From NCBI GenBank assembly GCA_965115855.1, contig OZ220470.1:1743385-1807384 (forward strand): 64,000 bases of DNA. The letters are read 5' to 3'. Both the position numbers and the translations under genes were made by a program. The stretch comes from Vicinamibacteria bacterium. Lineage in GTDB: Bacteria > Acidobacteriota > Vicinamibacteria > Marinacidobacterales > Marinacidobacteraceae. The notes beneath the pieces were generated by a model. It did not search any database. It saw nothing but the letters and a program-made list of their open reading frames with translations, and had not been told where the DNA came from. How positions within the stretch are numbered: position 1 is the first letter of the stretch; every line of letters begins with the position of its first letter. Positions 61,839 to 64,000 of the stretch are shown piece after piece.

Positions 61839-62954
61839 GTGTCCCTCATGTCGAAGATCCGATTCCGGCTGCCACGGGTGGCTGCGCTTCCCGTCCTTCC
61901 GCTTGTCGCTGCGGGCTGTGGCGCTGCCTCCGGCTCCTCGAACCAGGCCGACTGGAACCAGGACTCCCTGCTTCCGCCGACCATTCCGTCGGAGGTGCTC
62001 GGCGAACTCGACGGCGTGGAACTCACGCTGGACGACCTGTCCGACTCCGACCGGTTGCGGCTGGCGCAACTCAAGAGCGAATACTTCACGGAAGCGCATC
62101 GGATCCTTGAAGAGGGGGCGCTCCAGGCGGCGCGTGACAAGTTGATCGAGGATGCGGCCGCCGGCATGGGCCTGACCGTGCGCGAGTACTACTTCGACGA
62201 GATCGGGCTGCCGGAACTCGGGGAAGCCCAGGTGCGCAACATCTACGAAGCAAACCGGGAGCAGATGGGGGGGCGTTCGTTCGAGGAGGTTGCGCCGGCG
62301 ATCCGCCGTCAGGTGAGCAACCAGATGCTCGGGCAGGCGGTTGCGCAGCGCGGCGACGAACTCCTTGCGGATGCCGCATGGAAGCTCCGGGTGCCGGCGT
62401 TCCGGGTGAACATCGAGACCGAGGGCCACGCTTCCCTCGGTCCCGCGGATGCCCCGGTGACGGTTGTTGTCTTTTCCGATTTCGAGTGCCCCTACTGCCG
62501 CCGGTTCAACGGCGCGCTGGATCGGGTGCGGGAGGAGTTCCCCGACCGGATGCGGTTGGTGTTCCGGCACTATCCGCTGCGCAGCATCCACCCGCTGGCC
62601 CAGAAGGCCGGCGAGGCCGCCGCCTGCGCTGCCGATCAGGGGAAATTCTGGGAATTCCACGATGCGCTCTGGGCGGATAGCGACCTGACCCGGGAAGTGC
62701 TCGAGGAGCATGCCCGGCTGGTCGGGCTGGACACCGGGGAGTTCACCGAGTGCCTGAATTCGGGACGCAACTACGATCGGGTGCAAAACGACTTGGAGGC
62801 GGCGATGGATCTCGGGCAAAGCGGAACGCCGGCCGTGTTCGTGAACGGGCGCAAGGTCGGGGGCGCGATCGGATATGCCCAGTTCCGCGCCGAGATCGAG
62901 CGTGAGCTTCCGGCAGAGGACGCCACGGAGGACACGGAGGATGCCGAAAACTGA
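61839..62954 (+). CDS. DsbA-family thiol:disulfide oxidoreductase lipoprotein
   Basis: Lipobox LVAAGC; thioredoxin CPYC active site (VVFSDFECPYCRRF). Confidence 0.85.
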   Translation: MSLMSKIRFRLPRVAALPVLPLVAAGCGAASGSSNQADWNQDSLLPPTIPSEVLGELDGVELTLDDLSDSDRLRLAQLKSEYFTEAHRILEEGALQAARDKLIEDAAAGMGLTVREYYFDEIGLPELGEAQVRNIYEANREQMGGRSFEEVAPAIRRQVSNQMLGQAVAQRGDELLADAAWKLRVPAFRVNIETEGHASLGPADAPVTVVVFSDFECPYCRRFNGALDRVREEFPDRMRLVFRHYPLRSIHPLAQKAGEAAACAADQGKFWEFHDALWADSDLTREVLEEHARLVGLDTGEFTECLNSGRNYDRVQNDLEAAMDLGQSGTPAVFVNGRKVGGAIGYAQFRAEIERELPAEDATEDTEDAEN

Positions 62955-63345
62955 CACTCTGAGCCCGGAGGTCCGCGAGTTTCTCGCCGCGAAGACCTTC
63001 GTCCACCTGGCCACCCGGATGCCCGATGGGAGTCCGCAAGTCTCGCCGGTCTGGGTGGAGACCGAAGGGGATCTGATCCTGGTCAATTCGGCTGTCGGCC
63101 GGGTCAAGGACCGGAACGTCCGCGCCGATGAGCGGGTGGCGCTCTCCGCGGTCCATCCCGCCGACCCGTACCGGGCCCTCATGATCCGGGGCCGGGTGGT
63201 CCGGATCACCGAGGAAGGCGGCGAGGAGGGGATCGACCGGCTCGCCCGGAAGTACGTGGGAACCGATCGCTACCAGTGGCGCCGCCCGGGCGAGGTCCGG
63301 GTCGTCTACTACATCCAGCCGGAAACCGTCGCGACCATGGGTTGA
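62941..63345 (+). CDS. PPOX-class (pyridoxamine 5'-phosphate oxidase-like) F420/FMN-binding family protein
   Basis: Start MPKTDTLSPEVREFLAAKTFVHLATRMPDGSPQVSPVWVE... within ORF 62875..63345. Confidence 0.75.
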   Translation: MPKTDTLSPEVREFLAAKTFVHLATRMPDGSPQVSPVWVETEGDLILVNSAVGRVKDRNVRADERVALSAVHPADPYRALMIRGRVVRITEEGGEEGIDRLARKYVGTDRYQWRRPGEVRVVYYIQPETVATMG

Positions 63346-63367
63346 CCGCCGGGCGGAGGCGGGAGTC

Positions 63368-63622
63368 ATGGAACAGCGGCCTCGCAGCGGCCTGGTCCGC
63401 AAGATCAACGAGATGCCCGGGTTCGTCCGGGAGGCTCTCGAGGCAAACGGGCTGACCGGGATGTACGACGCGCGCCCGGCGTACCAGCGGAACGACTACC
63501 TCGGCTGGATCCTCCGCGCGAAGCGCCCGGAGACCGGCCAGCGAAGGTTGAACCGGATGCTGGACGAACTGCGCACGGGCGGCGTGTACATGGGCATGGA
63601 CCACCCACCAAGCCGCCGCTGA
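63368..63622 (+). CDS. YdeI/OmpD-associated family small protein
   Basis: 84 aa; ...PGFVREALEANGLTGMYDARPAYQRNDYLGWILRAKRPETGQRRLNRMLDELRTGG... Confidence 0.65.
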   Translation: MEQRPRSGLVRKINEMPGFVREALEANGLTGMYDARPAYQRNDYLGWILRAKRPETGQRRLNRMLDELRTGGVYMGMDHPPSRR

Positions 63623-64000
63623 CCCGGAACGGATCCGGGAACAAACCCGTCGTGCGGCCCACCGGTCGGGTTGCCGCCGGTGAGGTTCGCGCTCGCCGCG
63701 GTGGCGACTCCTCCAGGCTGAAGTTCCAGAGTGCCATAGACGCAAGTCACTGACTTGATTGGACATGGAGAGATTTCAGGATTTCGCTACTGGGTACCGG
63801 ACAGCTTCACGGCAAGCAGATCGAAGGCCTTTTGTTGAAGCGGGGTGGGCCGGGTCGTGATCTCGAACCGATCGGCCCCCGGCAGGGCTGGGGCGGTTTC
63901 GGCGAGGGTGTCGCGCGCGGTAGCACCGGCGAGTCCCCGGGCGGCGATCAACGCCAGCACACGCTGGCGTTGGGGGGAGGGTTCGGGGTCGATGAGGTGG

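Overview
High-GC (~70%) bacterial chromosomal segment, apparently from a diderm organism (LolB-like lipoprotein, outer-membrane beta-barrel signatures, many lipobox lipoproteins). The content is mostly core housekeeping genes plus two accessory blocks.

From the start of the window: the 3' end of ychF, then an accessory tandem array of five paralogous subtilisin-like (S8) lipoprotein genes with autotransporter-like C-terminal beta-domains (0.5-13.2 kb).

The minus strand then carries the classic rpoC-rpoB-rplL-rplJ-rplA-rplK-nusG-secE-tRNATrp-rpmG-tuf-tRNA(Thr,Gly,Tyr,Thr) cluster with a near-consensus sigma70 promoter. This is followed by a tightly packed rpsF-rpsR-rplI-dnaB-radA-ispDF-rlmB operon and a pth-ctc-prs-tRNAGln-ispE-lolB-like-TPR-purH block. 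The plus strand carries tenA and a five-gene overlapping operon, selA-thiS-thiG-nth-LLM oxidoreductase.

The most unusual region is a ~6.6 kb low-GC island (48.3-55.0 kb) with two convergent genes encoding paralogous Pro-rich-linker lipoproteins. One is intact, with signal peptide, lipobox and strong RBS. The other is 5'-truncated. The two share a perfectly identical 532-bp segment in inverted orientation, mirror-symmetric about an axis occupied by an IS3-family transposase remnant, with twin convergent terminators. I interpret this as a candidate recombinational (inversion or gene-conversion) variable surface lipoprotein system, with one expression site and one silent cassette.

The window ends with a secreted PIG-L deacetylase fusion, an SSS symporter-ClC channel-dtd coupled set, a DsbA-like lipoprotein, a PPOX-family protein and a YdeI-like protein.

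Many long antisense ORFs in the six-frame track are high-GC artefacts and were rejected.
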